NCBI GenBank assembly: GCA_001800135.1
Contig: MGUU01000010.1
Coordinates: 115,696-179,695 of the forward strand
Direction of reading: 5' to 3'
DNA: 64,000 nucleotides
Source: Elusimicrobia bacterium RIFCSPLOWO2_02_FULL_39_32
GTDB taxonomy: Bacteria > Elusimicrobiota > Elusimicrobia > 2-02-FULL-39-32
Shown here: positions 43,590 through 53,875 of the stretch, piece by piece
Layout of the letters: each line of letters opens with the position of its first letter
How positions within the stretch are numbered: the stretch's first letter is position 1
The notes under the pieces: generated by a model
What the model saw: the letters and a program-made list of their open reading frames with translations, nothing else
Told to the model about the DNA's origin: nothing
Databases searched by the model: none
Made by a program: the position numbers and the translations under genes

Positions 43590-45695
43590 TTAGGCGATGG
43601 TTGCCCATATCCATGTTTTAGAAAAAATTTTTCTTAATTCTTCTCTTAAAACCGAATGATCTTTCTTGAGAAGAGCTGGATCTTGCTCTAGGATTTCTCT
43701 GGCAGCTTTTTGAGTGGGCTCTAGGAGATCCTGATCTAATGAAAAATCAGCAATTTTAAAATTTGGGTACCCATGTTGAGAAGTTCCAAAGATTTCTCCC
43801 GGGCCTCGAATCGCTAAATCTGCCTCAGCCAGCTGAAATCCATTTTGATTTTTTAAGAAAATTTCAATTCTTTTTTTGGATTCTTCGGACTGCGGGTTTG
43901 CGATCACAATGCAAGCAGAGGCGTTCTCCCCCCTGCCAACGCGTCCTCGTAATTGATGGAGTGTGGACAGACCAAACCTCTCCGCGTTTTCAATCACCAT
44001 GACTGTGGCATTAGGAACATCTATCCCTACCTCTATAATCGTGGTTGTCACCAAGATTGAAAATTTTCCAGAATAGAAATCTTTCATTACGCTTTCTTTT
44101 TGACTTCCCTTCATTTGACCGTGTAAAAGACCAAGAGGGATTCCTTTAAATGTTTCATTTTCTAATTTTTGGAATTCCTTTATGGCAGATTTTAATTCAA
44201 TTTTGTCAGACTCATCTACTAAAGGATAAACAATATATGCTTGATTGTTTTTTCGTATGTGAGCTTTTACAATTTCATAAGCCTCTTGCTCTTTTTTCCA
44301 TAAGGTTTCAATTTTTTGTCTTCCAGGAGGGAGTTCATTAATTAAGGAAACATCCAAATCTCCATAAAGGCATTGGGCTAAGGTGCGGGGAATCGGAGTA
44401 GCTGTCATGACTAAAACATCAGGGATTGGATTTTTTTTAGAAAGTAAAAGCCGATGTTTTACTCCAAAACGGTGTTGTTCATCAATCACTACAAGTCCGC
44501 ATTTTTTGAATTGAACTTCCTTTTCAAGCAGAGCGTGAGTGCCAATCACTAGATCAAGACTGCCTTCCGCGCATTCTTTCAGCAGTTTTTCTCGTTTTGA
44601 TTTTTTAGTGGAACTGGTTAAAAGTCCAAGGTTGACTGGCAAAGACTTTAAAAAATGTTTAATCGTAATATAGTGTTGCTCCGCTAAGATTTCCGTAGGC
44701 GCCATGAGCGCAGCCTGCAATTTGTTTTCACAAGCTAACAAAATTGCGGAAAGAGCAACAATGGTTTTACCGCTGCCCACATCGCCTTGCAAAAGCCGGT
44801 TCATAGGTCTGTCTGACAAAAGATCATTAAAAATTTCTCTAATTACTTTTTTTTGAGAGAGAGTAAATTCAAAACCGCATTTTTCTTTAAAAGGAGTGAG
44901 TAGATGCTTCTTTATGATATAAGAGCTGCTTTTTGAAACTTTTCTTTTTTGTTTTACTAAGCTCATGACAGTTTGAAAATAAAAAAATTCTTGGAATGCC
45001 AGACGTTTCCTTGCCTCTTCTTTATCCTCAAAATTTTTTGGAAAATGGATTTTTTTAAAAGCTGAGTCAAGAGGCATAAGATAATAAGCTCCTTGTATTA
45101 TTTTTGGCGTTGGATCAGTTACCTGAACGCATAAAAGCGCTCTATAGACAATGGTTCTTAAGGATTTTGATGTGATCCCTTCAGTTGCAGGGTAAAGAGG
45201 AACAATTCTGCCAATGTGGATTAAATTTTCTTCAGGCTGGGTAAGGACTTCATATTCACTGACCATCATCGTGCAACCCGCAAAATCTTTTATAATTTTT
45301 CCATTGACAAGGATAGAATTTCCGGGCTTCAAATCTTTTTTAAAGGAATAAAAAACATCATATCGGTAAGAAAGTTTTCTAATCCATTTGCAAAGGAGTC
45401 CGCCTGTTCCATCTTCAATGACTGCGCTTACAATTCCAATTTTAGTTTTAGTTTCTTGGAAATAGACAGACCGGATCGTTCCTTTAAAAGTCATTACCAG
45501 TTCTGGCTGGAGCTCGCTTATAGAATGTAATTGTCTTCTATCTTCCCAAGCTCGTGGATAATAATGTAATAAGTCCTCAATCGTAACGATCCCTAAACCT
45601 TTTAATTTTTCTGAGAGTTTTGGCCCTACCCCTTTAAGATATTGAACTGGAGTGGAAAGTTTATAAGAAGTTTGACTTTTTCTTCTTAGGATCAT
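43590..45695 (-). CDS. recG: ATP-dependent DNA helicase RecG
   Basis: 701 aa with a wedge/OB N-domain. Helicase motifs present: [24 protein letters not shown], and [10 protein letters not shown] with a TRG-like motif. Confidence 0.9.
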   Translation of the reverse strand: MILRRKSQTSYKLSTPVQYLKGVGPKLSEKLKGLGIVTIEDLLHYYPRAWEDRRQLHSISELQPELVMTFKGTIRSVYFQETKTKIGIVSAVIEDGTGGLLCKWIRKLSYRYDVFYSFKKDLKPGNSILVNGKIIKDFAGCTMMVSEYEVLTQPEENLIHIGRIVPLYPATEGITSKSLRTIVYRALLCVQVTDPTPKIIQGAYYLMPLDSAFKKIHFPKNFEDKEEARKRLAFQEFFYFQTVMSLVKQKRKVSKSSSYIIKKHLLTPFKEKCGFEFTLSQKKVIREIFNDLLSDRPMNRLLQGDVGSGKTIVALSAILLACENKLQAALMAPTEILAEQHYITIKHFLKSLPVNLGLLTSSTKKSKREKLLKECAEGSLDLVIGTHALLEKEVQFKKCGLVVIDEQHRFGVKHRLLLSKKNPIPDVLVMTATPIPRTLAQCLYGDLDVSLINELPPGRQKIETLWKKEQEAYEIVKAHIRKNNQAYIVYPLVDESDKIELKSAIKEFQKLENETFKGIPLGLLHGQMKGSQKESVMKDFYSGKFSILVTTTIIEVGIDVPNATVMVIENAERFGLSTLHQLRGRVGRGENASACIVIANPQSEESKKRIEIFLKNQNGFQLAEADLAIRGPGEIFGTSQHGYPNFKIADFSLDQDLLEPTQKAAREILEQDPALLKKDHSVLREELRKIFSKTWIWATIA

Positions 45696-45707
45696 ATAAT
45701 TATTTTT

Positions 45708-45899
45708 ATGTCATTTCGATGCGATGTTTGCGATAAAGGCCCGTCAGCTGGAAAAACCGTTAGCCATTCTCATAGAGCAACTAACCGTAGGTTTCTGCCT
45801 AATTTACAGAAAGTAAAAGTTAATCTTTCTGGAACTGTTCGCCGCATTTATGTTTGCACTTCCTGTTTAAAGTCAGGTAAAGTAAAAAAAGCTTCCTAA
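45708..45899 (+). CDS. rpmB: 50S ribosomal protein L28
   Basis: 63 aa with C..C.KGP..G..VSHS.RATNRRF.PNLQ, characteristic of L28. Confidence 0.9.
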   Translation: MSFRCDVCDKGPSAGKTVSHSHRATNRRFLPNLQKVKVNLSGTVRRIYVCTSCLKSGKVKKAS

Positions 45900-45900
45900 A

Positions 45901-47412
45901 TTAAGGAACTTCTCTTAAAAATTTTCTTATTTTTGATTTTGCTCTTGGGGTTTTAACCAGCTCCAGCCAGTCCTTGTGCGGCTTTTGTCCTTTTCTTGTG
46001 ATAATTTCACACCTGTCCCCGGATTTTAAAATCGTATCTAATCTAACCATCTTATTATTCACTTTTGCTCCTATGCATTGGTGCCCAAGTTCAGTGTGAA
46101 CGCAATAGGCAAAATCAATTGGGGTTGAACCTTGAGGAAGTTTTTTAACCTCTCCTTTTGGGGTAAAGACAAACACCTGATCAAAATTAAGATCTAATTT
46201 TAACCAATCTAAAAATTCTTTGGGATTTTTCGCATCCTGCTGCCATTCCAAAATCTGCTTGATCCAGTCGAGTTTATCCTCACCCACATCAGGTTTTTCA
46301 CCTGCTGAGAGCGTTTGAGCAGCGGCCCCTTGTTTATATCTCCAATGAGCAGCTATTCCGTATTCACAGACCTGGTTCATCTGTTCAGTGCGAATTTGGA
46401 TCTCAACAATTTCATCTTTGTTAAAGGCAATGGTTGTGTGTAAAGATTGATACATGTTGTTCTTGGGGACTGAAATATAATCTGTAAAGGAGTCTGGAAC
46501 TGGAGCAAAATGAGTATGGATAGCGCCTAAGAGAGCGTAGCAGTGTTCCACTGAATCTGTAACCAGGCGAATCCCTACAAGATCCTGGATTTCTTCAAAA
46601 GGTTTGTTTTGCTTTAACATTTTTCTGTAGATTGAATAGAGGTTTTTGGGCCTGGAGGAAATTCTGTAAGGAAATGGGTGAAGAGACAACACTGATTTAA
46701 TTTTTTCAACGCATTTTTTTATCCATTCTTCCCTTTGAATTTCTCTTTGGTCAACTTTTTGTTTAAGAATTAGATATTTTTCTGAATCTAAATATTTTAA
46801 GCAGAGATCTTCCATGTCTGATTTTAGTTTATACATTCCTAACCTTTGAGCTAAAGGAGCGTAAAGGGTCAGAGTTTCCTCCGCAATTTTTGTTTGTTTA
46901 TCGGATTTTAAGAATTCTAATGTCTCCATATTATGTTTGCGATCCGCTAATTTTAAAAGGATCACCCGAATATCTTTTGCTGTGGCGATGATCATCTTGC
47001 GCCAATATTCCGCTTGTTTTAAAAGCTCAGGATTAGAGGTGAAAAAAGGCAGGTTCTCAGGATTAGATGAAAGATGTTCTAATGAATCTATTTTTGTGAC
47101 GCCTTCTACAAGAGTTGTAATCTCTTCGCCAAACTCATTTTTTAAGAGGGAGTTTGAGACTTGGGTATCTTCCAAAACATCGTGCAACAGACCCGCGCAT
47201 AAAGTAGCAATATCTAGCTGCAGTTCGCTTAAGATTTTTGTTACTGCTAAAGGATGGGTAATATACGGATCCCCGCCTGCTCGGGCTTGATCTCTATGAG
47301 CTTTTAAGGAAAATTGATAAGCTTTTTCTAAAATTTCAAGATTTTGATCCGGGAGATAAGAATGAACTTTTTCTAGGATAGAGTCAAAACTAGTTTTAAT
47401 CTTATCCATCAA
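45901..47412 (-). CDS. RelA/SpoT-family (p)ppGpp synthetase/hydrolase, short form (HD + synthetase + TGS, no C-terminal ACT/RRM region)
   Basis: 503 aa. Three domains are recognisable: an HD hydrolase motif (HPLAV...LLHDVLEDT), a synthetase domain (RPKNLYSIYRKM...D.VGIR) and a TGS domain (VFVFTPKGEVKKLPQGSTPIDFAY). The ORF ends about 200 aa earlier than typical long RSH proteins. Confidence 0.85.
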   Translation of the reverse strand: MMDKIKTSFDSILEKVHSYLPDQNLEILEKAYQFSLKAHRDQARAGGDPYITHPLAVTKILSELQLDIATLCAGLLHDVLEDTQVSNSLLKNEFGEEITTLVEGVTKIDSLEHLSSNPENLPFFTSNPELLKQAEYWRKMIIATAKDIRVILLKLADRKHNMETLEFLKSDKQTKIAEETLTLYAPLAQRLGMYKLKSDMEDLCLKYLDSEKYLILKQKVDQREIQREEWIKKCVEKIKSVLSLHPFPYRISSRPKNLYSIYRKMLKQNKPFEEIQDLVGIRLVTDSVEHCYALLGAIHTHFAPVPDSFTDYISVPKNNMYQSLHTTIAFNKDEIVEIQIRTEQMNQVCEYGIAAHWRYKQGAAAQTLSAGEKPDVGEDKLDWIKQILEWQQDAKNPKEFLDWLKLDLNFDQVFVFTPKGEVKKLPQGSTPIDFAYCVHTELGHQCIGAKVNNKMVRLDTILKSGDRCEIITRKGQKPHKDWLELVKTPRAKSKIRKFLREVP

Positions 47413-47432
47413 ATTTTTGTTTGTTCTGGCGT

Positions 47433-48227
47433 CTAAACTGGAGGGCTTGAGGCAGAGGCGAGATCGCGTTTTGCCATTCTGCCGCTTAAATACGCGATCC
47501 TGCCGGCTTCTACGCCCATTTTCATGGCTTGTGCCATTAAGACAGGATTTTTTGCTTCAGCAATTGCTGTATTCATTAAAATACCATCTGCGCCTAATTC
47601 CATGGCTTCTGCCGCATCTGAAGCTGTTCCAACCCCAGCATCTACAATCACAGGAACACTTTTAACGCGTTCAATAATCCAGCGAATATTATTTGGGTTT
47701 AAGAGTCCCTGCCCGCTGCCAATAGGAGAGGCAAGAGGCATGACAGCTTCGGCTCCAGCTTCTTCTAGTTTTTTAGCAAGAATAGGGTCATCATTGGTGT
47801 AGGGTAAAACTTTAAATCCTTCTTTCACTAAAATTTTTGTCGCTTCCAGAAGGCCGATGGTGTCAGGAAGCAGTGTTTGGGGATCACCAATAATTTCAAG
47901 TTTAAGCAGGGGATGATCGGTCTCAAGAATTTCTTTTGCTAGATGCGCAACTTTTATCGCATCTTCAACATTATAACAGCCTGCGGTATTTGGCAGAATT
48001 GTCATCCCTTTAGGGATCGCTTCATAAAAAGATTGCGGCGATTTATCTTTTAAGTTTACTCTTCTTAAAGCTACAGTGACGATTTCCGCTCCAGAGCGGA
48101 TTAAAGCCTCTTTCATAATAGAGAGAGTTGGATATTTACCGCTTCCTAAAATTAGACGGGAACAATATTCTTTTCCAGCAAGGGTAAAGGGTTTATCTTT
48201 AAAATTTTTTATTTTTGTTTCTGTCAT
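47433..48227 (-). CDS. thiG: Thiazole synthase
   Basis: 264 aa with ...GSGKY...VTVALRR...LPNTAGC...[13 protein letters not shown]...[12 protein letters not shown]..., typical of ThiG. Confidence 0.9.
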   Translation of the reverse strand: MTETKIKNFKDKPFTLAGKEYCSRLILGSGKYPTLSIMKEALIRSGAEIVTVALRRVNLKDKSPQSFYEAIPKGMTILPNTAGCYNVEDAIKVAHLAKEILETDHPLLKLEIIGDPQTLLPDTIGLLEATKILVKEGFKVLPYTNDDPILAKKLEEAGAEAVMPLASPIGSGQGLLNPNNIRWIIERVKSVPVIVDAGVGTASDAAEAMELGADGILMNTAIAEAKNPVLMAQAMKMGVEAGRIAYLSGRMAKRDLASASSPPV

Positions 48228-48268
48228 TTTTGTTTCTCCATTTTATTTGGGCACATCAAACTTATTTT

Positions 48269-48469
48269 TTAGCCTCCTCCAATCATCTGAAGAATTTCAA
48301 TATGGTCGCCTTCAGATATTGTGAACTGATTAAATTCGGATCGTTTTATAATCTTTAAATTAACTTCACAAGCAACCATCTCAGGCTTAATTTGCATTTT
48401 TTTAAGGAGCTCTTGTATGGTTAGAGATTTCTCCAAATCAGTCTCTTTTCCATTTAGGAACATTTTCAT
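48269..48469 (-). CDS. thiS: Sulfur carrier protein ThiS
   Basis: 66-aa ubiquitin-like protein ending in ...IGGG. It lies immediately upstream of thiG. Confidence 0.75.
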   Translation of the reverse strand: MKMFLNGKETDLEKSLTIQELLKKMQIKPEMVACEVNLKIIKRSEFNQFTISEGDHIEILQMIGGG

Positions 48470-48470
48470 T

Positions 48471-49184
48471 TTAAAAAGGGAATCCCCCCACCGCTATTCC
48501 AAATACAAAGGAACCTAAACAATAAATATCTTTCACTTTGTGTAAACGAGGCAATATGTCTGCCGCGCCAATATAGAAAAAAGTGCCGGCAATAAAACCT
48601 AACCACCAGCCCATTGCCTGATCAGAGAAAAATGATGAAAAAGGATTAAAGAAGAGAGTTCCTAGCGGCGTGGCACAAGCCACTAAAATAACAACTAGGA
48701 GAGATTTTTTGTTTGAATAATTTGCTTTAAGTAACAAGCCGGTTAAGGTTAAACCATCTGTTATTTTATGAATTAAAATAGCCGAAGCCACAACCAACCC
48801 CAACTCAATATTTTTTTGAAAAGCAATGGAAATAGCCAAGCCGTCAAAAATAGAATGCAGGGCTAAAGAAACAAAAGCAACCCAGCTAACATAGTGAATT
48901 TCGCAGGGTTCGGTATATTCCAGACAACTATGCATCATGGTAAAACCTTCCAGGGCAAAAATGAGTAAAAAAGAAAAGATCGCTCCCAGACCCGCATATT
49001 GTGGAGAGAGGGAATTGGCCTCAGGAAGAATTTTAATAAAAGCGCTTCCCAATAGGATTCCGGAAACAAAAGCTAAAATTCTCCAGATATGGATTTTGGT
49101 CCATTCTCTTTTAATAAAAAGAATTCCTGCTCCAAGCAGAGTAGAACAGAAAGCAAAAAAAGACCAACAATAAGCAGGAGACAT
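48471..49184 (-). CDS. ZIP-family divalent metal transporter (ZupT-like)
   Basis: 237-aa polytopic protein with the paired motifs HSIFDGLAI and IHKITDGLTL. Confidence 0.7.
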   Translation of the reverse strand: MSPAYCWSFFAFCSTLLGAGILFIKREWTKIHIWRILAFVSGILLGSAFIKILPEANSLSPQYAGLGAIFSFLLIFALEGFTMMHSCLEYTEPCEIHYVSWVAFVSLALHSIFDGLAISIAFQKNIELGLVVASAILIHKITDGLTLTGLLLKANYSNKKSLLVVILVACATPLGTLFFNPFSSFFSDQAMGWWLGFIAGTFFYIGAADILPRLHKVKDIYCLGSFVFGIAVGGFPF

Positions 49185-49266
49185 AGTTAATATGAATAAT
49201 GCATTATTTTAGGCTTAACCCCAAAATCAATATCATCTTACACAATCCGATTTTAGATATGTGGCT

Positions 49267-51009
49267 TTAAGAAGAATATTGTGTTTCATAGAGTTTTTTA
49301 TATAAACCATTTTTTTCTAGCAGAGTTTCATGCCTACCCTCTTCTATGATTTCTCCATTTTCTAAAACAATAATTCTGTCCGCTTTGCGAATGGTGGATA
49401 AGCGATGAGCCACGACTAAAACCGTGCGATGTTTCATTAATCTTTCTAAAGCTTCCTGCACTAGTTTTTCAGATTCGCTGTCCAATGAGGATGTGGCTTC
49501 ATCCAGAATCAGGATTGGGGGGTTTTTAAGTATGGCTCTGGCAATCGCTAAGCGCTGTCTTTGTCCGCCGGAAAGACGCACCCCTTTTTCACCGATTTGA
49601 GTGTCATATCCTTGAGGGAGATCTTGAATAAATGGATGCGCGTTCGCGATTGAAGCCGCCTCTTCTAATTGAGCTAGATTTATAGAGCCAAGATTTCCAT
49701 CCTCATTGCTTCCATAAGCAAGGTTATATCGTACAGTTTCATTGAATAGAATGGTATCTTGAGTGACCATGCCTATTTGACCCCTTAAAGATTTAAAAGT
49801 CACATTTTTTATATCCGTTCCATCAATTAAAATTGAACCTTGAGTTGGATCAAAGAGTCTGGGAAGTAATTGGATTAAAGTTGTTTTTCCAGCTCCGGAA
49901 GGTCCTACAATCGCTACGATTTCTCCTGGACGGACATCTAACGCAATATTTTTAAGAATTGCGCGGCCATTTGTTTCATAAGAAAAATTTACATTTTTAT
50001 ATTGAATCAGCTGGTTAAATGGAGGAAGATTAAAGCAGTCCTTTTTTTCTATTATGGTTGGTTTTTGATCCAAGAGCTCAAAGATTCTTTCTAAAGCAGC
50101 GAGTCCTTGCTGAATCCTTGCATTTACTCCAGTAAATTCTTTAATAGGTTTATAGGCTGAGATAGAAGCCCCTAAAAAAGAAAAGAAGCTTCCTGTGCTC
50201 CATGCTCCGTTAATCACATCTTTTCCCCCAACCCATAAGAGAAATACTGCGGCAAAGGATCCAACAAATTCCATGATTGGAGCTCCTAACACATCTGCCC
50301 TGACCCAGCGCATAAGGCTTGCATAATAGTCTTGATTCTCTTTATTAAATCTTTCAATTTCATTTTTTTCTTTGGAAAAAACTTTTGTAACGCAATTCCC
50401 AGTAATTCCTTCTTGGATCAGCATAAAAATGTCAGCCATGCGTTTCTGGATAAGCCTGCCTGTTTTTCTCATTTTAGAGCCAAGCACAGCGACTGGAATC
50501 ATTGCGATTGGTAAAAGGAATAATGTAATTAAAGCGAATTTCCAGTTAAGATAAAGTATGGTGAAAAGCAAACACAAGACCGTAAGCCCATCTCGAATAA
50601 CTTGAACTGGAACATAAGCGATAGAACTTTGCAAAGTAGTGGTATCGTGAGTCAGACGGCTCATCAGCTGGCCTGTGGAATTTTGATGAAAAAAATCAAG
50701 AGAACAATTTTGCAGATGGGAATATAGTTCGGATCGCATATCCCGAATCACTGAATGGCTGATATAGTTCATCAAATAGTTTTGAATATAAGAAAATATT
50801 CCTTTAGCTAGATAAATGAGAGGAATAATGGCTGCTACAAAAAAGAGTTTGTTTAAATTTTTAGCGATTAAAACCTGGTCCACCACGGTTCGGATCAGCC
50901 AAATAGTGGCTGTTGTTAAAAGAGCCACTGCCATCATGGCTAAACCTGCTTGTATAAAGCGCGGCAGATAGGGTTTTAAATATTGGGAGAAACGTTTATA
51001 AAGATTCAT
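49267..51009 (-). CDS. msbA: Lipid A export ABC transporter MsbA-like (TMD-NBD half transporter)
   Basis: 580 aa with 6 TM helices and an NBD (Walker A GPSGAGKTT, signature LSGGQRQR, Walker B ILILDEATS). It overlaps the lpxB stop (ATGA). Confidence 0.8.
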   Translation of the reverse strand: MNLYKRFSQYLKPYLPRFIQAGLAMMAVALLTTATIWLIRTVVDQVLIAKNLNKLFFVAAIIPLIYLAKGIFSYIQNYLMNYISHSVIRDMRSELYSHLQNCSLDFFHQNSTGQLMSRLTHDTTTLQSSIAYVPVQVIRDGLTVLCLLFTILYLNWKFALITLFLLPIAMIPVAVLGSKMRKTGRLIQKRMADIFMLIQEGITGNCVTKVFSKEKNEIERFNKENQDYYASLMRWVRADVLGAPIMEFVGSFAAVFLLWVGGKDVINGAWSTGSFFSFLGASISAYKPIKEFTGVNARIQQGLAALERIFELLDQKPTIIEKKDCFNLPPFNQLIQYKNVNFSYETNGRAILKNIALDVRPGEIVAIVGPSGAGKTTLIQLLPRLFDPTQGSILIDGTDIKNVTFKSLRGQIGMVTQDTILFNETVRYNLAYGSNEDGNLGSINLAQLEEAASIANAHPFIQDLPQGYDTQIGEKGVRLSGGQRQRLAIARAILKNPPILILDEATSSLDSESEKLVQEALERLMKHRTVLVVAHRLSTIRKADRIIVLENGEIIEEGRHETLLEKNGLYKKLYETQYSS

Positions 51010-52130
51010 GAGGTCGCCTTGTAGATGATTTGGGCTGCTCGTTTATATGCCCCAGGAGGCCCTAAACTTAATCTTAATTGTATCAGTTCCTTACGCGTAG
51101 CTGCAAGAATCTTAGGATTTGCAAGTAAATTTTCAGCTGCTTGAACAATTGCTTCTGGATTCGCAGAATTTTGAATGAGTTCAGGCACAACCATTTTTTT
51201 CATTAGGATATTAGGCATAGAGATAAATGGAACTTGAATGATTTTTTTAGCAATCCAATAGGTTAAAATAGAGGTTTGGTATAGGACAACCATGGGGATG
51301 CCAAGAAGCGCATTTTCTAATGTGGCTGTTCCAGAAGCTGTAAGAGCCAAGGTAAGACTGGAACGAATTTTATAATCTGTTTCTCTCACCCTATTCAACT
51401 CTTGCAAACCTTCCTTACCTGCCTTCTGGATGAGGTTTTCATAAACCTGATTAGGAATTGAATCAACCTCAAAAAGAGTAGCCTCGATTTGAGGATATTT
51501 TGATTTTAGTTTTTTATAGGTTTCAATCAGCAATGGAATGTGACGTACAATCTCCCTTTCTCTTGACCCAGGCAAAAGTCCTAAGTGAATCTTTCCATCT
51601 ATTTTTAGAGCATTCGGCTCTTGAGGTAAAAGATCAATTAATGGGTGACCAACAAACTCTACAGGAACGTTATTTTTTTTATAGAGTTCTTCTTCAAAAG
51701 GAAAAATAACAAGCATTTTCGTGACATTTTTTTTTAATTTTTGAATCCTCCATTTGCGGCTTGCCCAAACCTGAGGGCTCACAAAATAAAAAACAGGGAT
51801 ATTTTCTTTTGTTGCTTTTTCAGCCACATGGATATTGAATCCATAATAATCTATTAAAATAACCGCATCAATTTTATTTTTATCAATTTGGGGAAAAACA
51901 ATTTTTTGAAGGATATTCTTTAAATTAAAAAATTGTTTAAGGGGTTGGGAAAAGCCGGAAACATCTAGTTCTACTAGATCCTTTAAAAATAGATTGGAAA
52001 CGCTTTTTAATTTAATCCCTCCTAAAGCTATTACAAAAAGAGATGGGTCACATTTCTTGAGTTCTTGAATAAGAAATTGGCCATGCAGATCAGCCGAATA
52101 GTCCCCTGTAGAGATAAGGATCCTACTCAT
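51006..52130 (-). CDS. lpxB: Lipid-A-disaccharide synthase
   Basis: 374 aa starting ILISTGDYSADLHG, with ...YFVSPQVWASRKWR... and ...TASGTATLE..., typical of LpxB. Confidence 0.85.
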   Translation of the reverse strand: MSRILISTGDYSADLHGQFLIQELKKCDPSLFVIALGGIKLKSVSNLFLKDLVELDVSGFSQPLKQFFNLKNILQKIVFPQIDKNKIDAVILIDYYGFNIHVAEKATKENIPVFYFVSPQVWASRKWRIQKLKKNVTKMLVIFPFEEELYKKNNVPVEFVGHPLIDLLPQEPNALKIDGKIHLGLLPGSREREIVRHIPLLIETYKKLKSKYPQIEATLFEVDSIPNQVYENLIQKAGKEGLQELNRVRETDYKIRSSLTLALTASGTATLENALLGIPMVVLYQTSILTYWIAKKIIQVPFISMPNILMKKMVVPELIQNSANPEAIVQAAENLLANPKILAATRKELIQLRLSLGPPGAYKRAAQIIYKATS

Positions 52131-53059
52131 TCATGCAGGTGAAGTTGCTCTAAAATTTCTAGTCCCAGTTCCAAAGCATCTCTTCCGTGTTCTCCTGAAA
52201 CAAGGGGTTTTTTGCCTTCTTGGATACATTCCAGGAAATGCTCCAGTTCTAATTTTAGAGGTTCTTCTTTTGTAAGGGAGGGTTTTAATATCTCAATGTC
52301 GTTAAAGTTTTTTACAATTGGAGTTTTTTTTCTATAGACTTTTAAATCCTTGTGGGCATAATCAATGGAGATATAGGAGTCTGGTTGAAAGATTCTTATT
52401 TTTCTATATTGTTCCAGAGAAATTCTGGATGCGGATAAATCCACAATGCAGCCATTTTCAAATCTTAAGCGGCATTTTACAATATCCTCATGTTCTGTTA
52501 AAACTTTTGCTCCAAAAGCCTCCAGATTTTTTACTTCCGACTTAACCAGTGAAAGAACAAGATCTAAGTCATGGATCATCAGATCTAAGACGACCCCAAT
52601 GTGCGAAACCCTTGGATCATAAGGTCCTAGGCGATTGACTTCTATAAATTTGGGCGTATGTATGAATTTTTGAGCTGCTAAGACCGCTGGATTAAATCTC
52701 TCCACATGGCCAACCTGCAGGACTAAATTTTTTTGAACTGCAATTTTAATCAATTTTTCAGCTTCTTCCACATTCTGGCAGAGAGGTTTTTCTAATAAAC
52801 AATGGATCCCATTCTCCAGACATTTTTTACCAAGCTCGTAATGCAGGGGTGTGGGAACAGAAATCACAGCAGCTTTAATTGTATTTAAGATAGGATCAAT
52901 TTCTCTATAAGCCTGGGTTTGAACGGACTTTGCAATTTTTTGAGCTCTTTTTTCATCAATATCCACTACGCCTAAAAGAGCGCTGTTTTTAATTTGAGAT
53001 AGGAGCCTTGCGTGATGTTGGCCGAGATGACCTACGCCGATAACTGCAATTGGAAGCAT
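52127..53059 (-). CDS. Gfo/Idh/MocA-family NAD(P)-dependent oxidoreductase (GnnA-like by context)
   Basis: 310 aa with an N-terminal Rossmann motif (IAVIGVGHLGQHHA) and the EKPL motif. It is embedded between lpxI and lpxB with overlapping or abutting stops and starts. Confidence 0.75.
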   Translation of the reverse strand: MLPIAVIGVGHLGQHHARLLSQIKNSALLGVVDIDEKRAQKIAKSVQTQAYREIDPILNTIKAAVISVPTPLHYELGKKCLENGIHCLLEKPLCQNVEEAEKLIKIAVQKNLVLQVGHVERFNPAVLAAQKFIHTPKFIEVNRLGPYDPRVSHIGVVLDLMIHDLDLVLSLVKSEVKNLEAFGAKVLTEHEDIVKCRLRFENGCIVDLSASRISLEQYRKIRIFQPDSYISIDYAHKDLKVYRKKTPIVKNFNDIEILKPSLTKEEPLKLELEHFLECIQEGKKPLVSGEHGRDALELGLEILEQLHLHE

Positions 53060-53872
53060 TTAAGGGTTTTCCCATCCATAGATAGAACAATTTTGTTCTT
53101 CTGCCATGGCGATACATTTTTCTTTTTCTAAGATGAGCGTTTTACCAGCTTGGATCGCGAGCACTTTTGATTTTACCTCTTTTAGGAGCTGGATTGTAGA
53201 GATTCCAATGATGGGCACATCAAAGCGCATATCCTGATTAGGTTTTGCGCTTTTAACCACAATAATGTTTTCACCGCCCCAAAGCGCTGCTCTTTTAATA
53301 CATTCATCCGTTCCCTCAATCGCTTCTACAGCTAAAACCGTTCTTCTTTTTACAACTACGGTCTGGCCAATATCTAGGGCTGTAAGCCCTTTGGCCATTT
53401 GGATTCCAAATTCCACATTTTTCATTTCTGAATCATTCAGTTTTCTTTTGGTTAAAGTTCCAGCCTCAGCAAGCAAATGGCTTAAAAAAGTTGTGGAAGG
53501 CAAAAGAGCGATTCCCTCTTTTTTCAGTTCACAAGCCACAGCATTTAGAATGCTGTCAGCTCTGCGATCTTTTATTTTTAATAAAAGTTGCGCTGTTCTA
53601 AAATCCGGTATCAGTTCTGAAAAAAGTTTGGTATGTTCAACGCGTCCTGCCATCACTGCTTCTTTGACCCCTTCTTTTTGCAATGTCCGTATAATGGTGT
53701 TCAGTTTAGCCACAGAAATTGAGTGAATCGTCTTTGCATAGGGAGAAAGATCTTCATTCATTTCCTCTTTTAAAGCAATGACAATTAGTTCTTTTTGATT
53801 TTTTTTTGCTTCTTGAGCAAAGAGTAGCGGGAACTTACCTTTGCCTGCAATCAGACCAACTGGAGGGTTCAC
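53060..53872 (-). CDS. lpxI: UDP-2,3-diacylglucosamine pyrophosphatase LpxI (DUF1009)
   Basis: 270 aa with GLIAGKGKFPL at the N-terminus and DVPIIGISTI near the C-terminus. It occupies the lpxA-lpxI-lpxB position. No lpxH is present in the operon. Confidence 0.7.
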   Translation of the reverse strand: MNPPVGLIAGKGKFPLLFAQEAKKNQKELIVIALKEEMNEDLSPYAKTIHSISVAKLNTIIRTLQKEGVKEAVMAGRVEHTKLFSELIPDFRTAQLLLKIKDRRADSILNAVACELKKEGIALLPSTTFLSHLLAEAGTLTKRKLNDSEMKNVEFGIQMAKGLTALDIGQTVVVKRRTVLAVEAIEGTDECIKRAALWGGENIIVVKSAKPNQDMRFDVPIIGISTIQLLKEVKSKVLAIQAGKTLILEKEKCIAMAEEQNCSIYGWENP

Positions 53873-53875
53873 TTT

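Noticed and set aside
48470-49266. TPP riboswitch upstream of the thiS-thiG (and ZIP) genes.
   Set aside because: thiS starts 1 nt after the ZIP gene stop, so there is no room for a riboswitch. The 82-nt region upstream of the ZIP gene lacks the conserved CUGAGA / ACCUGA elements.
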